DNA from: Candidatus Latescibacterota bacterium
GTDB taxonomy: Bacteria > Latescibacterota > UBA2968 > GCA-2709665
DNA length: 64,000 nucleotides
Assembly (NCBI GenBank): GCA_965116875.1
Contig: OZ220733.1
Location: 928,001 to 992,000 of the forward strand
Reading direction: 5' to 3'
The notes beneath the pieces were generated by a model. That model was not told where the DNA came from, searched no databases, and worked only from the letters and a program-made list of their open reading frames with translations. Both the position numbers and the translations under genes were made by a program. This document shows, piece by piece, positions 48,761-59,757 of this stretch (position 1 is its first letter; every line of letters begins with the position of its first letter).

Positions 48761-51700
48761 ATGTTTGAGTTTATCGCGGCATCTGTAACGATGGAGGCAC
48801 TCGCGGCCGGAATGATCCTCGCCATTCTGGCCGGGTCCGCGCAAACGGCCCATGCCACCGACAGTCGCACGTACTATACCGATGCCCGGATGGACGTGGC
48901 CCGGCACAATCTGGAGCACTATGCCTGGGCGCGGGAGCACAAGGCGGAAATTATCGGAAAAGCGGAGCATTGGGCGCGGTATGAAGATGCAAAGCTTCGC
49001 ACACTCGTTTCACCCCCTGAGGTGCCGCGGGGATACCAGGTACATAACGACGGGTGCCCGGTACATGGGGTCAGGGTCCATGAACAGGGGCTTTATCGAT
49101 GGATCATCGATTTTGACCGTCCGTATAAAGTGACATGTCCCGTGGGCGGTGAGACGTATCCATCGAACGACTTCGAGGCATTTCTGGCGACGGGCATGAA
49201 AGACAGGTCTTTGTTGACCGGCCCCTACGCGGACGACGGATGGGGGTGGCATCGTCCGGGAGACCCGGTGCCGGCGAACTACTGGTTCGTAGCCTATTAT
49301 GCGCACTGGAGTATGATGCGTTTCCTGATGGAAGCGATCGAAGTCCTGGGACAGGCGTCGGTGCTTGCCGACGATGAAGGCGATGCGAAACGGTACGCCC
49401 ACAAATGCGCGTTGCTGCTGTGGCAGCTTGCTGAATATTATCCCGACTACAAGTACGAACGACAGTCTCGGGAATCGAAGGAGCACAATCCGGAATATAC
49501 GGGCAAGTTGTTCAACAGGATCTGGGAGACGCGACCCCCGCATACCTGCGCGATCGCGTACGACGCGGTGCGGCCCTTTCTGGACACCGACCGCGAACTC
49601 CAGTGTCTTGTGGGCAGAACCGGCCCGGAGATCGACGCGACGATCCAGGATCGGTTGCTCCGCGAGTCGGCCCGGTGCATTATGGATGCGTCGGGCGGCC
49701 GCATCAGGGGCAACTACGGAATGCACCAGAAGGCGCTGCTTACGCTGGCGCAGGTGATGGCGACTTCAGAAAGCCGTCCTCGCAGCAAGGAGATGGTTCA
49801 ATACGTCCTGGCGAATCCGGATCCCGTGATGGCCACCGATATGGGATTGCGGGATGCGCTCGAAAACCTGGTCTACCGCGATGGAATGCCCCACGAGTCG
49901 CTCTCGTACAATCGAATCTGGGTGGACGACTTGACGGAACTGGCCGCCCTGATGGTGGAGACCGGTGTGAACCTGTTTGAGCACCCGCGGTACAGGAAGC
50001 TTGTAACCTGGGCGTTTGACGTTTGTATTGCGGGAAAATTCACCCCCTCCACCGGAGATTCGGGCGACATGTTTGCGTACGGAGGCGCCTGGCAGCCTTC
50101 CGTATGTCAGTTCGCGCTTCCATACGTAAACGACGCCCGCCTTGCGTGGGTGCTGAAGACGCAGCCGGACGCCCGTCAGGACCTGTTCGGCACGCCCGTT
50201 GAGACGCAGCTTTCGCAACTGCCCGAAGGGGACGAACCCGAGATCGGTCTGCGGTCCTTCCACTTTCCCGCGTATGGCATGGCCAATCTGCAGTGCGGCG
50301 ATGAAACGAACCGGTCGGCCGTGTCGTTCTTTTACGGCGACCACCAGGCGCACCGGCATTTCGACCAGTTGAACATCCTGTTTTTCTCACACGACAATGC
50401 GCTGCTGACCGATATCGGGTACCCGGAACAGACGGACGCATTCAATCACCGGCTTGCGGGGTTTTTCACCAATACGGTTGCGCACAATACGGTTGTGGTG
50501 GACGAAGCCCGGCAGGGCCGCGGGCCGGGGCGGTTGCACGGCCTGGTTGCGGAGGGTTTCGCGCAGGCCGTGGATGCGTCCTGCGAGGGCGCCTATGAAG
50601 GGAAGGTCGATCTATACCGGCGCGCGAACATGCTGGTTGAAGCGTCCCGGGGACGGCACTACCTGTTCGACGTATTCTACGTGAACGGCGGCCGTCAGCA
50701 CGACTATTTGCTTCACGGCAATCAGGCGGAGTTCTCCTGCCGTCCCTCGCTGGGACCGGTCCGGGAAACCGGGACGCTGGCGGGAGAGGACGTGCCCTAC
50801 GAGCAGTTCTACGACGATCCCGAACTCAGGGACAAGCGATTGTCCAGCGTGCCCTACAGTGGATACCGGGGCAGCGGCTACCAGTTTCTGTACAACGTGC
50901 AGACCGGACGCCTGAACGCGGAGGCGACTGCCGAATGGCGTCTTACCGAGCCCCTGGATGGCCAGCCGGAACGCCCCTGGCGCGGCATTGGACTTCGGGC
51001 GCATCTGATTGGACGAAACGAGGAGCTATTCGCGTGCGACGGTCCGGTCCAGAAATACAGGTACCTGCCCGAGAGCGTGAAATTTCTGGTGCGCAGGCGA
51101 TCCGGCGCAAATCTGTCCAGCCGGTTCGCGACGGTCTTCGAACCGTATAAAGACAGGCCGTGGGTCCGGCGTGCGACGCGGATCGAACTGACCCCGGAAG
51201 GGTTCGGAGCAACCGCCGTGCGGGTGGAGATGGAAGACGGCTGCGTGCACTATCTGTTCCACGCACTGGATGCCGAAGAGACGCATACCCTGGAAAACGG
51301 CATCGAAGTCGCGGGACAGATGGCTTTTCTGGCGCTGGATGAACGAGGTCGTCCCGTCCGGGCGATGCTTTTCAACGGCTCGATGCTGGCAACAGACGGT
51401 TTGCGGTTGGAAGGAAGAGGTGTGCGCCGCAGCCGGATCGCGTCTGTGGATTACAGGCGCGCGACAATCGAGCTTGCCGACGCCGTGATCGAGGATTCCC
51501 TCCGACCCGGACAGGCCATACCGGTGGTTTCGGCTGGATATTCGGATTGCGTAACGTTTTCGAAAGTGACTGACCGGCGGCGATTTTCGATCGGGGAGGA
51601 AGACGTAAACGTGGCGGGAGGGCCGGTGCTGGATGTACGTGCCGACCGCATTCTCACGAGCGCGTCCAATCCACATGCGCACGTGGGTATGACGGTGCTG

Positions 51701-51910
51701 AACAGTCTCGGGGAACCGCAAGGGCGGCTGGCCGGGAAGGTGGACGACGGGTGGCGAATCGACCGCGAGGGTAGAGTACCGTTGACATCCAAAGACTTCC
51801 CGGTGGCCGACGGCGATAGCGGTCCCCGGTATACGGTCGCGATGGTCGGGACGGGCGATTGGCTGGAGATACCGGATCTGGTGCTGTATTCAGACGGCGA
51901 TGGTTCCTGA
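48761..51910 (+). CDS. Large secreted heparinase II/III-family protein
   Basis: Signal-like N-terminus, GNYGMHQ, DGMPHESLSY, HRHFDQLNI, DIGYP, NTVAHNTVVVD, YRR. Confidence 0.82.
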   Translation: MFEFIAASVTMEALAAGMILAILAGSAQTAHATDSRTYYTDARMDVARHNLEHYAWAREHKAEIIGKAEHWARYEDAKLRTLVSPPEVPRGYQVHNDGCPVHGVRVHEQGLYRWIIDFDRPYKVTCPVGGETYPSNDFEAFLATGMKDRSLLTGPYADDGWGWHRPGDPVPANYWFVAYYAHWSMMRFLMEAIEVLGQASVLADDEGDAKRYAHKCALLLWQLAEYYPDYKYERQSRESKEHNPEYTGKLFNRIWETRPPHTCAIAYDAVRPFLDTDRELQCLVGRTGPEIDATIQDRLLRESARCIMDASGGRIRGNYGMHQKALLTLAQVMATSESRPRSKEMVQYVLANPDPVMATDMGLRDALENLVYRDGMPHESLSYNRIWVDDLTELAALMVETGVNLFEHPRYRKLVTWAFDVCIAGKFTPSTGDSGDMFAYGGAWQPSVCQFALPYVNDARLAWVLKTQPDARQDLFGTPVETQLSQLPEGDEPEIGLRSFHFPAYGMANLQCGDETNRSAVSFFYGDHQAHRHFDQLNILFFSHDNALLTDIGYPEQTDAFNHRLAGFFTNTVAHNTVVVDEARQGRGPGRLHGLVAEGFAQAVDASCEGAYEGKVDLYRRANMLVEASRGRHYLFDVFYVNGGRQHDYLLHGNQAEFSCRPSLGPVRETGTLAGEDVPYEQFYDDPELRDKRLSSVPYSGYRGSGYQFLYNVQTGRLNAEATAEWRLTEPLDGQPERPWRGIGLRAHLIGRNEELFACDGPVQKYRYLPESVKFLVRRRSGANLSSRFATVFEPYKDRPWVRRATRIELTPEGFGATAVRVEMEDGCVHYLFHALDAEETHTLENGIEVAGQMAFLALDERGRPVRAMLFNGSMLATDGLRLEGRGVRRSRIASVDYRRATIELADAVIEDSLRPGQAIPVVSAGYSDCVTFSKVTDRRRFSIGEEDVNVAGGPVLDVRADRILTSASNPHAHVGMTVLNSLGEPQGRLAGKVDDGWRIDREGRVPLTSKDFPVADGDSGPRYTVAMVGTGDWLEIPDLVLYSDGDGS

Positions 51911-52914
51911 TGACAGGCAGGCGGAAGACGATCACCGCGCTCGAAGAGGTACGTCGCAGGGGCGCGGCATGGCTGTTAAGGCATCGGAACGCGGACGGAT
52001 CCCTGGGTGACCCGGCGGAGGGCTTTCATTTCTACCGGGCGCCGTGGACGTTTGCCATCCTGGGCGAAACCAGGGCCGCGGCGGCGGTGTGCGACTGGTT
52101 CCGGCGGGAGATGTTGACCGCACAAGGCAGGATCGAGGGGCCCTACCGCGTGTTCGACGACGCGTACGCCTACCGGAATGCCACGCTGATCGTCGGCGCG
52201 CATCTCGCAAGGCAGTACGATCTGAGCCATGGGCTGATGCCGCACCTCCTGTCGTGGCAGGATCGGGAATCGGGTGGTTTCCATAACGACCGCATGGCCG
52301 ACGGCGGCATGAGCGACCGTATGGATGTGCCATACGCGTGCGGTCCGGGACTGGCGTGTCTGTCGACCGGCCGCCTGGAGATCGCACGGTCGGTTTACCG
52401 GTTTCTGCGGCGGATTGACTCGGCGCAGGCGGATTTGCCCGAGCGGTTCTATTACGCCTGGTCCTGTAAAAAAGGCGGCGCGATTACAGATTTTCCGGAT
52501 GACGATGCCTTCTGGCACGTGGTGGAGAACCGGGTGGACCGGCCGCAGCGCTGGACCGTCGGCGGCATCGCGGCCGGATTCCTGTGCCGGCTGTACCTGG
52601 CGGACCCGCGCCCCGAATACCTGGCGCTTGCGCGGCGCTATCAGGCATTCTCGATGGCGGCGACGGACGCGCAGTTCAAGTACGCCCAGGCCTGCAAGAG
52701 CAGTTGGGGCAGTTCGCTTTTGTACCAGTTGACCGGCGACGGCACGTACCTTGCGTGGGCATGCCGCATGGGCGAATGGTACATTCAGACGCAGCAGCCG
52801 GAGGGTTGCTGGTACTGGCCCGGATACGAGACATTGGGCTCCCGCATCGAACTGACGCTGGAATTCGTCATGCACGTGGACACGCTGATCGGCGGCCTGA
52901 CGTCCCGGACGTGA
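51910..52914 (+). CDS. Hypothetical (alpha/alpha)-barrel protein with prenyltransferase-like QxxxG repeats
   Basis: WLLRHRNADGS, LLSWQDRESGGF, YIQTQQPEGCW; ATG overlaps the upstream TGA. Confidence 0.65.
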   Translation: MTGRRKTITALEEVRRRGAAWLLRHRNADGSLGDPAEGFHFYRAPWTFAILGETRAAAAVCDWFRREMLTAQGRIEGPYRVFDDAYAYRNATLIVGAHLARQYDLSHGLMPHLLSWQDRESGGFHNDRMADGGMSDRMDVPYACGPGLACLSTGRLEIARSVYRFLRRIDSAQADLPERFYYAWSCKKGGAITDFPDDDAFWHVVENRVDRPQRWTVGGIAAGFLCRLYLADPRPEYLALARRYQAFSMAATDAQFKYAQACKSSWGSSLLYQLTGDGTYLAWACRMGEWYIQTQQPEGCWYWPGYETLGSRIELTLEFVMHVDTLIGGLTSRT

Positions 52915-52926
52915 GGAGCATGCGTC

Positions 52927-53940
52927 TTGCGAGTGCTTGTGACCGGTGCGACAGGGCGAATCGGACGGCATCTGGTGGATGCGCTTGCCGAGGCCGGGCA
53001 TGCCGTGCGGGCGCTGGTATTGCCGCGGGACGAGGCGGCCGCCGATCTGGCGCCGGACGTGGAAGTCGTCTTCGGACGGCTCGAGGAACCCGCCTCGCTC
53101 GGACCCGCCGTGGACGGCATGGACGCCGTTTTTCACCTCGCCGGCGCGCTCACGTCACGAGGTTGCCGCGAAGAGGAATTCGTCCGGGTGAACGTCCAGG
53201 GCACGTTTCATCTCCTGAAAGCAGTCCGCGACCGGACACGCAAACCGGCTCACTTTGTCTACGCCAGCAGCGATGCCGTCTATTTCGAAAGGCCGGATGA
53301 GGACGCCCGCTACCTGCCGGTGGACGAAGACTATCCCCTGATGTCCGGTTCGGTCTACGGCGCCAGCAAGATTGGCGCGGAGGAACTCTGTTGGAGCTTC
53401 AGCCGCGGCTTCGGAATTCCCGTAACGGTCCTGCGCTTCGGAGCAACAGCGGATGCCGCGGAACTGGTCGATCCGGAAAGCGTATTTGCGCGCTGGCTGT
53501 TTCTGCGCGCGGCGATCGTCCACACCAGAGCGACGACGATGGCGACCGGAATGCAGCTGGAGACGTTGTCGGCTCTGAAATCGCTCGATACCGGTGGCGA
53601 GCAGCTTGTCGTCTACGCGGATTGCAACGGGCATCCGGAGATCCGGCAGTGGGCCGACGCCCGTGATATCGCCGCGGGATGTGTCCGTGTGCCGGGAACG
53701 GCGGCTGCGGTGGGAGAGGTATTCAATATGGGGGGATGCGAACCGTATTGCGCGGAGGAGTTCGCCGGCTTTCTGTCCTCGCGACTGGGGCTGCCGTACG
53801 TAAAGGCCTGCATTCCCACCTCACGACGTCCCTGGTATATTACCAGCGGCAAGGCGGAACGATTGCTAGGATATGAAGCCAGGTACACGGTGTACGATAT
53901 GGTGGAGGACGCAGTACGGACGCGGGAGACGCCGGTATGA
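52927..53940 (+). CDS. NAD-dependent epimerase/dehydratase
   Basis: VTGATGRIG, NVQGT, YASS, YGASK. Confidence 0.9.
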   Translation: MRVLVTGATGRIGRHLVDALAEAGHAVRALVLPRDEAAADLAPDVEVVFGRLEEPASLGPAVDGMDAVFHLAGALTSRGCREEEFVRVNVQGTFHLLKAVRDRTRKPAHFVYASSDAVYFERPDEDARYLPVDEDYPLMSGSVYGASKIGAEELCWSFSRGFGIPVTVLRFGATADAAELVDPESVFARWLFLRAAIVHTRATTMATGMQLETLSALKSLDTGGEQLVVYADCNGHPEIRQWADARDIAAGCVRVPGTAAAVGEVFNMGGCEPYCAEEFAGFLSSRLGLPYVKACIPTSRRPWYITSGKAERLLGYEARYTVYDMVEDAVRTRETPV

Positions 53941-54704
53941 ACCTTGCGTGCTGTGCATGGGTGCTCGAGGGCCCGGAAACCGCGATTGCCGCACGGGTGG
54001 CCGCGCTGGGGTTCGAGTGGATCGACGTAAGGCCGTTTGCTTTTTCTTCTCACGGAGCACGGCGGAAAATCCGGGAGCGCGGACTCGCGGTTTCCTGTAT
54101 CGCGGCATCGTTCGGCATGCCGGAAGGCGCCCGGCTGAGCAGCCCCGACCGGGACTCCCGATCTGCAGCTGCGTCCCATCTCGATCGGGCGCTGGACTTT
54201 GGCGCAACACTGGGCGCATCAGCCGCGTACGTCGTTCCGGATGAAGACCGGTCGTCTCTGGGCAGATACGCCGCGGAATTGAGAAAGCTGGCCGAACGGG
54301 GCAACGAGCTGGGCGTGCGGGTGTGCGTGGAACATTTCCCGGGCACCGCGCTGCCTACCGCTTCGGGGACAATCGCGTACCTGAGGGAAGTTGGGCATCC
54401 CAACCTGTTCCTGCTTCTGGACATCGGCCACGCTCAGATGTCCGGCGAAGACCCCGCCGCGGCAATCTCGGACGCGGGACCGCTGCTGGGGTACGTCCAC
54501 CTGGACGACAATGACGGTACGCGCGACCTGCATCTGGGCCTGACGGACGGCATTCTGACCGAAGCAGCGCTGGCCGATACGATTTCCGCCCTTGCCGATA
54601 TCGGTTACCGTGGGAACCTGAGTCTTGAGTTACATCCTGAATTGCCCGATCCGTTCGATGCGCTCAAGCGAAGCCGGGAGATCGTTCTGGACGCGATGGG
54701 GTGA
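53937..54704 (+). CDS. Sugar phosphate isomerase/epimerase (TIM barrel)
   Basis: VEHFPG, LDIGH, VHLDDNDG..DLH, LELH. Confidence 0.85.
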   Translation: MNLACCAWVLEGPETAIAARVAALGFEWIDVRPFAFSSHGARRKIRERGLAVSCIAASFGMPEGARLSSPDRDSRSAAASHLDRALDFGATLGASAAYVVPDEDRSSLGRYAAELRKLAERGNELGVRVCVEHFPGTALPTASGTIAYLREVGHPNLFLLLDIGHAQMSGEDPAAAISDAGPLLGYVHLDDNDGTRDLHLGLTDGILTEAALADTISALADIGYRGNLSLELHPELPDPFDALKRSREIVLDAMG

Positions 54705-55876
54705 CAAGCGGACTTCCCGCGAAATCGACGGAGCAACGTCAACAACCAGACACGAGAGAAGAGGCCAGAATGCGAATAGACAGCGAGAGCGTCTACCTGT
54801 TTCGAGCCGGTATTACGGGAAACGAGGCGCCGTTCGAGGCATACAGGGACCTTGCCCACGCGGCATTGCGGCGCGTTGACCTTGCGCTGCCGGAAGACGG
54901 AACAATACTGCTCAAGCCGAATGCGACAGTCCTGTTCCCCGCGGAGAAACGAATTGTAACCCACCCGGGATTTCTGGCCGGCATCGTCGACGCGCTCGTG
55001 GAGAAGGGCGTCGGCGCCGGCAGGCTGGTGGTTGCGGACGGACAGTCCGGGGAACAGCCGGAAAACGGAAATACATGGAAGGGCGCCGGGTACACGAAGA
55101 TGGCGGACAGCCGAAAGTTGACGTTAACCGAGTTGAACGACCGCCCCAGCCGGAATGTCCCCGTGCCCGGCGGGGTGGTATTCGAAGCCTATCCGATATA
55201 TCGGGAGGTGACGGACTGCGCATTCTTCTTCAATGTGCCGCTGGCGAAATGCCACAACCTCGGATGCACGACCCTGGCAATCAAGAACCTGATGGGTATC
55301 CTGGCGCGGCCGGAACGCCATCTGTGTCATATACAGGACGTTGACCGGCCGCACGAAAACGGGATCTGGCGGCTGACCGACAGCGGACTGAGTCTGTTCG
55401 AAGACCGGTTCTACCATAAATTGTGCGATCTGCTTTCCGCCCTGCGTTCGCTGGACACTCCCCGGCTTTGCATGGTGGACGGGCTTATCGGGCGAGACGG
55501 CACCGCGTTCAACGAAGGCGAGAATCATCCGCTGGGATGGACGCTCCTCGGGGAGAACGAGGTGCACGTGGACGCGGTTGCGACGTATCTGATGGGCCTG
55601 GACCCCGAGACGACACCCTATCTCAGATTTGCGGCCCTGCGCGGACTGGGCAGCAACAGGCCGGATGAGATCGAGGTGATTGACCTGGCCAGCGGCGAAT
55701 CGATGGATATGCCGATGCTGGAGGAGGTCCGTTCAGGAAAAGCATTGATGCCGATCGCCCGTTACGAGGGCGGCTATTATGATCGGTATCGGGCCGACGG
55801 TTCCGTTGTGCCATGGCGGATTGACGACGTGAACAGGCAGCGGTCGGCGGATGGATTGGAGCCCGTTGCGTTGTAG
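54701..55876 (+). CDS. DUF362 domain protein
   Basis: LLKPN, THP, KCH...TLAIKNLMG, VDG, VDAV...MG; start may be ATG 54770. Confidence 0.82.
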   Translation: MTSGLPAKSTEQRQQPDTREEARMRIDSESVYLFRAGITGNEAPFEAYRDLAHAALRRVDLALPEDGTILLKPNATVLFPAEKRIVTHPGFLAGIVDALVEKGVGAGRLVVADGQSGEQPENGNTWKGAGYTKMADSRKLTLTELNDRPSRNVPVPGGVVFEAYPIYREVTDCAFFFNVPLAKCHNLGCTTLAIKNLMGILARPERHLCHIQDVDRPHENGIWRLTDSGLSLFEDRFYHKLCDLLSALRSLDTPRLCMVDGLIGRDGTAFNEGENHPLGWTLLGENEVHVDAVATYLMGLDPETTPYLRFAALRGLGSNRPDEIEVIDLASGESMDMPMLEEVRSGKALMPIARYEGGYYDRYRADGSVVPWRIDDVNRQRSADGLEPVAL

Positions 55877-55916
55877 ACCGGGTGAACCCCGAGAATCCCC
55901 ATACGGGTGGCGGAAG

Positions 55917-58283
55917 ATGAACCAGCCCTCAGAAGCACCTGAATACAGGATGCCGCCGGAAGAGGTCGCGGCGCTGCTGGACGCGCCGAGAACGCCGGAC
56001 CTCATCGTCGACCCCGTTGGAGGGTGGATCCTGATGCTCGCGAAGCCGGGCCTGCCGCCCATATCCGAACTGGCGCGGCCGGAGTTGCGGCTCGCGGGCC
56101 TTCGCATCGACCCCGCCGCCAACGGTCTGAGCCGTTCGGGGTATTACACGGGTCTCACGCTGAAGCGAATCTCGGATGGCACGGAACGCCCGCTGAAGGG
56201 CTTACCGGAAGACTGCCGCATCGGATCGCCGCAATGGGCGCCGGACGGGAGCCGTGTTGCCTTTACGGTTCGTGACGAATCGGTGATCCGGCTCTGGTGT
56301 GCCAGCGTGGACTCGGGCGTGGCGCGGCAGGTGTCCGATATCGGGCTGAACGGAATCTTCGGCGCGCCGTTCGCCTGGATACCCTCCGGACCGGACGGCA
56401 TCCCTTCGCTGATCGTCCGGGCTGTTCCCGCACAACGGGCCGAAGTACCCGAAGCGCCTCAGGTTCCCGGGGGCCCTGAGATCCGGGAAAATACGGGCCG
56501 GCCGGCGCCGTCTCGAACCTGGCAGGACCTGTTGAAGGAGGCGCACGACGAAACGCTCTTCGAGTTCTATGCGACGTCCCGGCTGGTTGCGATCACACCG
56601 GACGGCGGTCAGCGGGACGTGGGCGCGCACGGAATCATCCGACGGGCCGAGCCCGCGCCGGGAGGCGCCTTTCTGCTCGTGGAGACCCTCCACCGGCCTT
56701 TTTCGTACCTGGCGCCCCACTTCCGGTTTCCTGTACGCGTCGAAGTTCGGGATATGCGGGGCCAGGTCGTTCGCGAACTGGTCGATGCGCCCCTGGCGGA
56801 GGATGTACCCATCGCTTTCGATGCCGTACGCGAGGGTCCGCGCTCTTTCCGGTGGCGCAGTGACGCGACGGCGACGGTGTGCTGGGTGGAGGCGCAGGAT
56901 GGCGGCGACCCGGCCGTTGAGACGGACGCGCGGGATCACGTGTACGCGCTGTCCGAACCCTTCGATCGCGAACCCGCGTTGTTGCAGTCTCTCGAGTTCC
57001 GGTTCGCCGGATTGACGTGGGGCGACGGCGCGATGGCGCTGGTGACCGAGCGCTGGTGGAAGAACCGCCGGACCAGGACCTGGCGGTTTGCCCCGGACGG
57101 CGCATCCAATGACCGTAAACTGCTCTTCGACAGATCGTGGGAAGACCGCTATGGCGATCCGGGAACGCCTCTGCTGGCGCCAAATCCTGCGGGGCGGAGG
57201 GTGTTGTTGGCGGGCGACGGCGGCCGGCACCTCTTCCTCGCGGGCGGCGGGGCGTCTCCTGAGGGGGATTTCCCGTTCCTGGACCGGCTCGACGTGAGCA
57301 CGAACTCGACAGAGCGGATGTGGCAATGCGAACCGCCGTATTATGAACAACCCGTCAGATTGATCGATAGGGACGATGGCCTGCTGTTGACGTTGCGTGA
57401 AACGGCCCAGAGCCCTCCAAATGTGTTCCTGCGGTCCCTTGAGACCGGAGATGTCCGGAAACTGACGGAGTTTCCCCACCCGGCGCCGCAGCTGCGGGAA
57501 GTGCGGAAGGAAATCATCCGTTACCGGCGGGCGGACGGGACCGGCCTGAACGGCACCCTGTATCTGCCGCCAGGGTATTCCCCTGGCCAGGATCCGCTGC
57601 CCCTGCTGATGTGGGCGTACCCGCGTGAGTACAAAAGCGCAGACGCCGCCGCTCAGGTGAAGGGCTCCCGGCATCGCTTCACTCACGTTTCCTGGACGTC
57701 GCCGCTGCCCTGGCTGACGCAGGGTTACGCGGTCCTGGACGGGCCATCCATGCCGATCGTGGGAGAAGACGGCGCGGAAGCCAACGATTCGTACGTCACC
57801 CAACTGGTATCCAGCGCCGAGGCGGCGGTGGAGGAAGTTGTGCGCCGGGGTGTTGCGGACCGTGAACGCATCGCGATCGGCGGACATTCCTACGGCGGGT
57901 TCATGGCGGCGAATCTCCTCGCGCACAGCGATCTGTTCAGGGCGGGAATCGCCAGGAGCGGTGCATACAACCGGACGCTTACGCCATTCGGTTTTCAGTC
58001 GGAAGAGCGTACGCTCTGGCAGGCGCCGGACGTCTATTTTGCCATGTCGGCATTCATGCATGCGGACAGGATCACAGCGCCGTTGTTGTTGATTCATGGC
58101 CAGGCCGACAACAACTCAGGGACGTTCCCCATGCAGAGCGAGCGGCTTTACAACGCGCTGAGGGGTCACGGAGCGACAACGAGACTCGTGATGCTGCCCC
58201 ACGAGAGCCACGGTTACAGCGCGCGTGAATCGGTCATGCACGTGTTCCGGGAGATGACGGACTGGTTGGCGCGCCACCTGTGA
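55917..58283 (+). CDS. S9 family serine peptidase (glutamyl endopeptidase-like)
   Basis: LRLAGLRI, WAYPREY, GGHSYGGF nucleophile, GAYNRTLTPFGFQ, HG..DNN, HESH. Confidence 0.92.
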   Translation: MNQPSEAPEYRMPPEEVAALLDAPRTPDLIVDPVGGWILMLAKPGLPPISELARPELRLAGLRIDPAANGLSRSGYYTGLTLKRISDGTERPLKGLPEDCRIGSPQWAPDGSRVAFTVRDESVIRLWCASVDSGVARQVSDIGLNGIFGAPFAWIPSGPDGIPSLIVRAVPAQRAEVPEAPQVPGGPEIRENTGRPAPSRTWQDLLKEAHDETLFEFYATSRLVAITPDGGQRDVGAHGIIRRAEPAPGGAFLLVETLHRPFSYLAPHFRFPVRVEVRDMRGQVVRELVDAPLAEDVPIAFDAVREGPRSFRWRSDATATVCWVEAQDGGDPAVETDARDHVYALSEPFDREPALLQSLEFRFAGLTWGDGAMALVTERWWKNRRTRTWRFAPDGASNDRKLLFDRSWEDRYGDPGTPLLAPNPAGRRVLLAGDGGRHLFLAGGGASPEGDFPFLDRLDVSTNSTERMWQCEPPYYEQPVRLIDRDDGLLLTLRETAQSPPNVFLRSLETGDVRKLTEFPHPAPQLREVRKEIIRYRRADGTGLNGTLYLPPGYSPGQDPLPLLMWAYPREYKSADAAAQVKGSRHRFTHVSWTSPLPWLTQGYAVLDGPSMPIVGEDGAEANDSYVTQLVSSAEAAVEEVVRRGVADRERIAIGGHSYGGFMAANLLAHSDLFRAGIARSGAYNRTLTPFGFQSEERTLWQAPDVYFAMSAFMHADRITAPLLLIHGQADNNSGTFPMQSERLYNALRGHGATTRLVMLPHESHGYSARESVMHVFREMTDWLARHL

Positions 58284-58310
58284 AAAGAGCTCGATAGAGG
58301 ATGGACGGGA

Positions 58311-59726
58311 ATGACAGACAACGCATGTACGACGAAGCGGTCTTCAGATCCGGACACGGCGTTGGTCATCGGAGAACTCCGTTCGTTACTGGGCGACAGG
58401 ATAAAGACGGACGCGGATATCCGTGAAATCCACGCGGGGGACGCTTCGTACCATACGCCCATGCTGCCGGATGCCGTGGTCTTCCCCCACTGCAACGAGG
58501 AAGTGTCGAAGATCGTGAAATGCTGTGCGCGGTACCGGACGCCGGTCGTGCCGTACGGGACCGGAACGGCCGTGGAAGGCGGCATCGTACCCGTACGGGG
58601 CGGCGTCTGTATCGATTTGAGCCGCATGAATCGTATCTTAAGAATTGGCGAGACCGACCAGGATGCAACGGTGGAGGCCGGGGTTACGAGGAAGCGGCTC
58701 AACCGGCATCTGGCGGAAACGGGGACGGGACTGTACTTTCCGGTGGATCCCGGAGCGGACGCTTCGCTGGGCGGCATGGCGGCGACCCGGGCGTCGGGCA
58801 GTGCGGCGGTGGGATACGGAACGATGAGGGAAAATGTCCTGGCGCTGAAGGCCGTACTTGCCGACGGCAGCATCATCCGGGCCGGAGGAAGAGCGAGGAA
58901 ATCGTCAGCAGGCTATGACCTGGCGCATCTGCTCGTGGGCTCCGAAGGCTCTTTGGGCGTAATAACCGAGGTGACACTGAAGCTGGCAAGGGTCCCTCAA
59001 GCGGTATCCGCGGCGGTATGTGCGTTTCCGGATATTTCGTCGGCGGTAAATGCGGTTCTTGAAATGACGTCGGCGGGAATTGAAATGGCGCGAATCGAAC
59101 TCCTGGACGACATTCAGATGGGCGCGATCAACGCCTATTCGGGCTTTGACTACAAAGTGGCGCCAACCCTGTTTTTCGAGTTCCACGGTTCCGAATCGTC
59201 CGTTGCCGAGCGTGTCGCGGCGGCCAGACCGGTTGCGGACAGGCACGGCGGTGAAGACTTTCGCCGGGCGAACGGACAACGGGAACGTGACAGGCTCTGG
59301 CAGGCGCGGTACGACGCCTATTACGCGTCACGGACGATGCGTCCGGGCTCCGTGGGGTTCGTGACGGACGTGTGCGTTCCGGTTTCAAGACTGGCGGATT
59401 GTATTCTCAGAACCAAAGAAGAACTGAAGTCGTCGACACTGATTGCGCCCCTGTTCGGTCACGTCGGCGACGGGAATTTCCACGTCGTTTTCCTGATCGA
59501 TCCGGATTGCCCCGAAGAGCTTGCCGAAGCCCGGGGATTCGGCGAACGGATTGTCCGGTTCGCCCTGGAAATGGGTGGAACCTGCACGGGCGAACACGGA
59601 ATCGGCATGGGCAAACTGGCCGCACTGGAGCAGGAGCATGGCGAAGGCGTAAAGGTCATGCGGGCGATCAAGAAAGCACTCGACCCTCTCAACATCATGA
59701 ATCCGGGCAAGGTCGTGGAGATTTGA
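58311..59726 (+). CDS. FAD-linked oxidase (D-lactate dehydrogenase/GlcD family)
   Basis: PYGTGTAVEG, FPVDPG, KSSAGYDL, GSEGSLG, GHVGDGNFH, GEHGIG, NPGK. Confidence 0.92.
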   Translation: MTDNACTTKRSSDPDTALVIGELRSLLGDRIKTDADIREIHAGDASYHTPMLPDAVVFPHCNEEVSKIVKCCARYRTPVVPYGTGTAVEGGIVPVRGGVCIDLSRMNRILRIGETDQDATVEAGVTRKRLNRHLAETGTGLYFPVDPGADASLGGMAATRASGSAAVGYGTMRENVLALKAVLADGSIIRAGGRARKSSAGYDLAHLLVGSEGSLGVITEVTLKLARVPQAVSAAVCAFPDISSAVNAVLEMTSAGIEMARIELLDDIQMGAINAYSGFDYKVAPTLFFEFHGSESSVAERVAAARPVADRHGGEDFRRANGQRERDRLWQARYDAYYASRTMRPGSVGFVTDVCVPVSRLADCILRTKEELKSSTLIAPLFGHVGDGNFHVVFLIDPDCPEELAEARGFGERIVRFALEMGGTCTGEHGIGMGKLAALEQEHGEGVKVMRAIKKALDPLNIMNPGKVVEI

Positions 59727-59757
59727 GCTTGCAAATGGCCGGGGAAAAATCAGCCAA

